The notes under the pieces: generated by a model
Told to the model about the DNA's origin: nothing
What the model saw: the letters and a program-made list of their open reading frames with translations, nothing else
The model's database searches: none
From: Alloascoidea hylecoeti
Taxonomy: Eukaryota
Direction: 5' to 3'
Assembly: GCA_001600815.1 (NCBI GenBank)
Contig: BCKZ01000001.1
Coordinates: 292,613 to 356,612 of the forward strand
DNA: 64,000 nucleotides
In this document: positions 60,985-64,000 of the stretch, one piece after another
Layout of the letters: each line of letters opens with the position of its first letter
Numbering within the stretch: the stretch's first letter is position 1
Made by a program: the position numbers and the translations under genes

Positions 60985-63934
60985 ATGGGTATGTTAAACA
61001 ATTTATAAACTGAAAATGGATTGAATTGGAATAGAATTGGAATTGAAACTTATGATTTAAATAATTCTCTTGTATTTTTTTTTCATCATCAATTAAAATT
61101 GCTTTATAAAATTCATGACAGACCATTTCAAATCTTTTTTAGATATGAAGTAAAGATTATTAACAATATCTTTTATAACAGTTAATTTCACTGTCGATGT
61201 AAGTTTTAAGATCTTAATTAGGAATTATGCTTCTCGAATCTGTCCCTGAATTCGATCGACTCTATATTTTAATATGGTGTTGAATGATCAGACCACTCAG
61301 ATTCCTTAAAAACCATCAACGGCTGTGGTTGTGTTCAGCCACTCGCTGATCTACTCATTTTTTGAAAATTTCCAAACCCAATATTATAATAGTGAAAAAT
61401 GTTTCTAACTTCTATTTCTATTCTAGCAAATCCGTGAACTCATGGACAATGTTACGAATATTCGTAACATGTCTGTTATTGCCCACGTCGATCACGGTAA
61501 ATCTACTTTGACTGATTCCCTTGTTCAAAGAGCTGGTATTATTTCCGCTGCCAAAGCCGGTGAAGCTCGTTTTACCGATACAAGAAAAGATGAACAGGAA
61601 AGAGGTATCACAATTAAATCTACTGCCATTTCTTTATACTCTGAAATGTCTGATGAAGATGTTAAAGATATCAAACAAAAAAATTCTGGTAATTCTTTCT
61701 TGATCAATTTGATTGATTCTCCTGGTCACGTTGATTTCTCTTCAGAAGTTACTGCTGCTCTTCGTGTTACTGATGGTGCTTTAGTCGTTGTTGACTGTGT
61801 TGAAGGTGTCTGTGTCCAAACTGAAACCGTTTTAAGACAAGCTCTTGGTGAAAGAATTAAGCCAGTTATCATCATTAATAAGGTTGATCGTGCTTTATTA
61901 GAATTACAAGTTACTAAAGAAGATTTATATCAATCTTTCTCCCGTACTGTTGAATCCGTCAATGTCATAATTGCTACTTACTTAGATGAAGCTCTTGGTG
62001 ATGTTCAAGTCTACCCAGAGAGGGGTACCGTTGCTTTCGGTTCAGGTCTTCACGGTTGGGCTTTCACCGTCCGTCAATTTGCCACCAGATACTCAAAGAA
62101 ATTTGGTGTTGACAGAAGTAAAATGATGGAAAGACTTTGGGGTGATTCATACTTTAACCCAAAGACCAAGAAATGGACTACTAAGGAAAAAGATGCCAAG
62201 GGAAAACCATTAGAACGTGCTTTTAACATGTTTGTTTTGGATCCTATCTTCCGTATCTTCTCTGCCGTTATGAACTTCAAAAAGGATGAAATTCCAGTTC
62301 TTTTACAAAAATTAGATATCGTCTTAAAAGGTGATGAAAATGATTTAGAAGGAAAAGCTTTATTAAAAGTTGTTATGAGAAAATTCTTACCAGCTGCTGA
62401 TGCTTTATTGGAAATGATTGTTTTACATTTACCATCTCCAGCTACTGCTCAATTTTATAGAGCTGATACATTATATGAAGGTCCTTCTGATGATTCTAGT
62501 GCTATTGGTATTAGAAACTGTGATCCTAAAGCTGATCTTATGTTGTACGTCTCTAAGATGGTTCCAACATCTGATAAAGGTCGTTTCTACGCTTTCGGTC
62601 GTGTTTTCTCTGGTACCGTTAGATCTGGTATGAAGGTTAGAATTCAAGGTCCTAATTATATTCCAGGAAGTAAGACTGATTTGTCTATCAAAGCTGTTCA
62701 AAGAACTGTTCTTATGATGGGTAGATCTGTTGAATCCATCGATGACTGTCCAGCTGGTAACATTGTTGGTTTAGTTGGTATTGATCAATTCTTATTGAAA
62801 TCTGGTACTTTAACTACAAATGAAACATCACATAACATGAAGGTTATGAAATTCTCTGTTTCTCCAGTTGTTCAAGTTGCTGTTGAAGTTAAGAATGCTA
62901 ATGATTTACCAAAATTAGTTGAAGGTTTAAAAAGATTATCAAAATCTGATCCATGTGTTTTAACTTACATGGCTGAAACTGGTGAACATATTGTTGCTGG
63001 TACTGGTGAACTTCATTTGGAAATTTGTTTGAAAGATTTAGAAGAAGATCATGCTGGTATTCCATTAAAGATCTCTCCTCCAGTTGTCGCTTATAGAGAA
63101 ACAGTTGAAGCTGAATCAAGAATTACTGCCTTATCTAAATCTCCTAACAAGCATAACCGTATTTACGTTAAAGCTGCTCCACTTGATGAAGAAGTTTCTC
63201 TTGCTATTGAAAGTGGTAAGATCAGTCCTCGTGATGATTTCAAAGCCCGTGCCCGTATCCTTGCTGATGCCCATGGATGGGATGTTACTGACGCTAGAAA
63301 GATTTGGTGTTTCGGTCCAGAAGGTACCGGTCCTAACTTAGTCGTTGACCAAACAAAGGCTGTTCAATACTTAAGTGAAATTAAGGATTCCGTTGTTTCT
63401 GGTTTCCAATGGGCTACTAAAGAAGGTCCAATCTTTGGTGAAAACTTAAGATCTGTTAGAGTTAACATTATGGATGTTACTTTACACGCTGATGCTATCC
63501 ACAGAGGTGGTGGTCAAATCATTCCAACAATGAGACGTGCTACTTATGCTGCTTTCTTATTAGCTGAACCACGTATTCAAGAACCAGTTTTCTTGGTTGA
63601 AATTCAATGTCCAGAAAACGCTATTGGTGGTATCTACTCAGTTCTTAACAAGAAACGTGGTCAAGTCATTTCAGAAGAACAAAGACCAGGTACTCCATTA
63701 TTTACTGTCAAAGCTTACTTACCAGTTAATGAATCATTTGGTTTCACTGGTGAATTAAGACAAGCAACTGGTGGACAAGCTTTCCCACAGATGGTATTCG
63801 ACCATTGGGCTACAATGTCTGGTGATCCAACTGATCCAGCAAGTAAACCAGGTCAAGTTGTCGTTGAAGCAAGAAAGAGACATGGTATGAAGGATGGTAT
63901 TCCAGGATATGAAGAATATTATGATAAGCTCTAA
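60985..63934 (+). CDS. EFT2: Translation elongation factor eEF2
   Basis: Exons 60985-60988, 61182-61198, 61427-63934 give [23 protein letters not shown] and the diphthamide motif [11 protein letters not shown]. Confidence 0.99.
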
Positions 63935-64000
63935 GCAAAATAGATACTTATAATTAATTATACTTGTTTATTATTTTTTGTGTTTATATTTCGTTTGTGG

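Overview
AT-rich nuclear DNA from an intron-rich budding yeast (Saccharomycotina-like, judged from the eEF2, Rps4 and Arg5,6 sequences). I can support about 22 protein-coding genes carrying about 34 spliceosomal introns inferred by hand: a partial PL1 pectate lyase, a large DH/PH-like protein, CSN2, CIA30, RPS4, ISN1, a REEP1-4/Atg40-like protein, MRP20, RPB7, eIF4G, an orphan membrane protein, KNS1, a stand-alone acetylglutamate kinase, ARC15, a kinesin-6-like motor, YRB2, EFM4, GPH1, NOT4, SNP1, a CLD1-like hydrolase and EFT2. There is also one intron-containing tRNA-Trp(CCA). Two gene-poor stretches (18.4-22.6 kb and 28.0-36.6 kb) and several smaller gaps hold decayed pogo/Fot1, Tc1/mariner and Ty1/copia relics. 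The most notable points are: (1) apparent fission of the normally fused fungal ARG5,6 polyprotein, where the kinase ends just after the linker cleavage motif and only a possible trace of the reductase remains; (2) a GC-rich structured island at 31.0-31.1 kb that might be a telomerase-RNA template region or an orphan promoter; (3) a structured element in EFT2 intron 2; (4) a pectate lyase next to transposon debris. All exon boundaries and homology calls come from reading the sequence; no searches were run.
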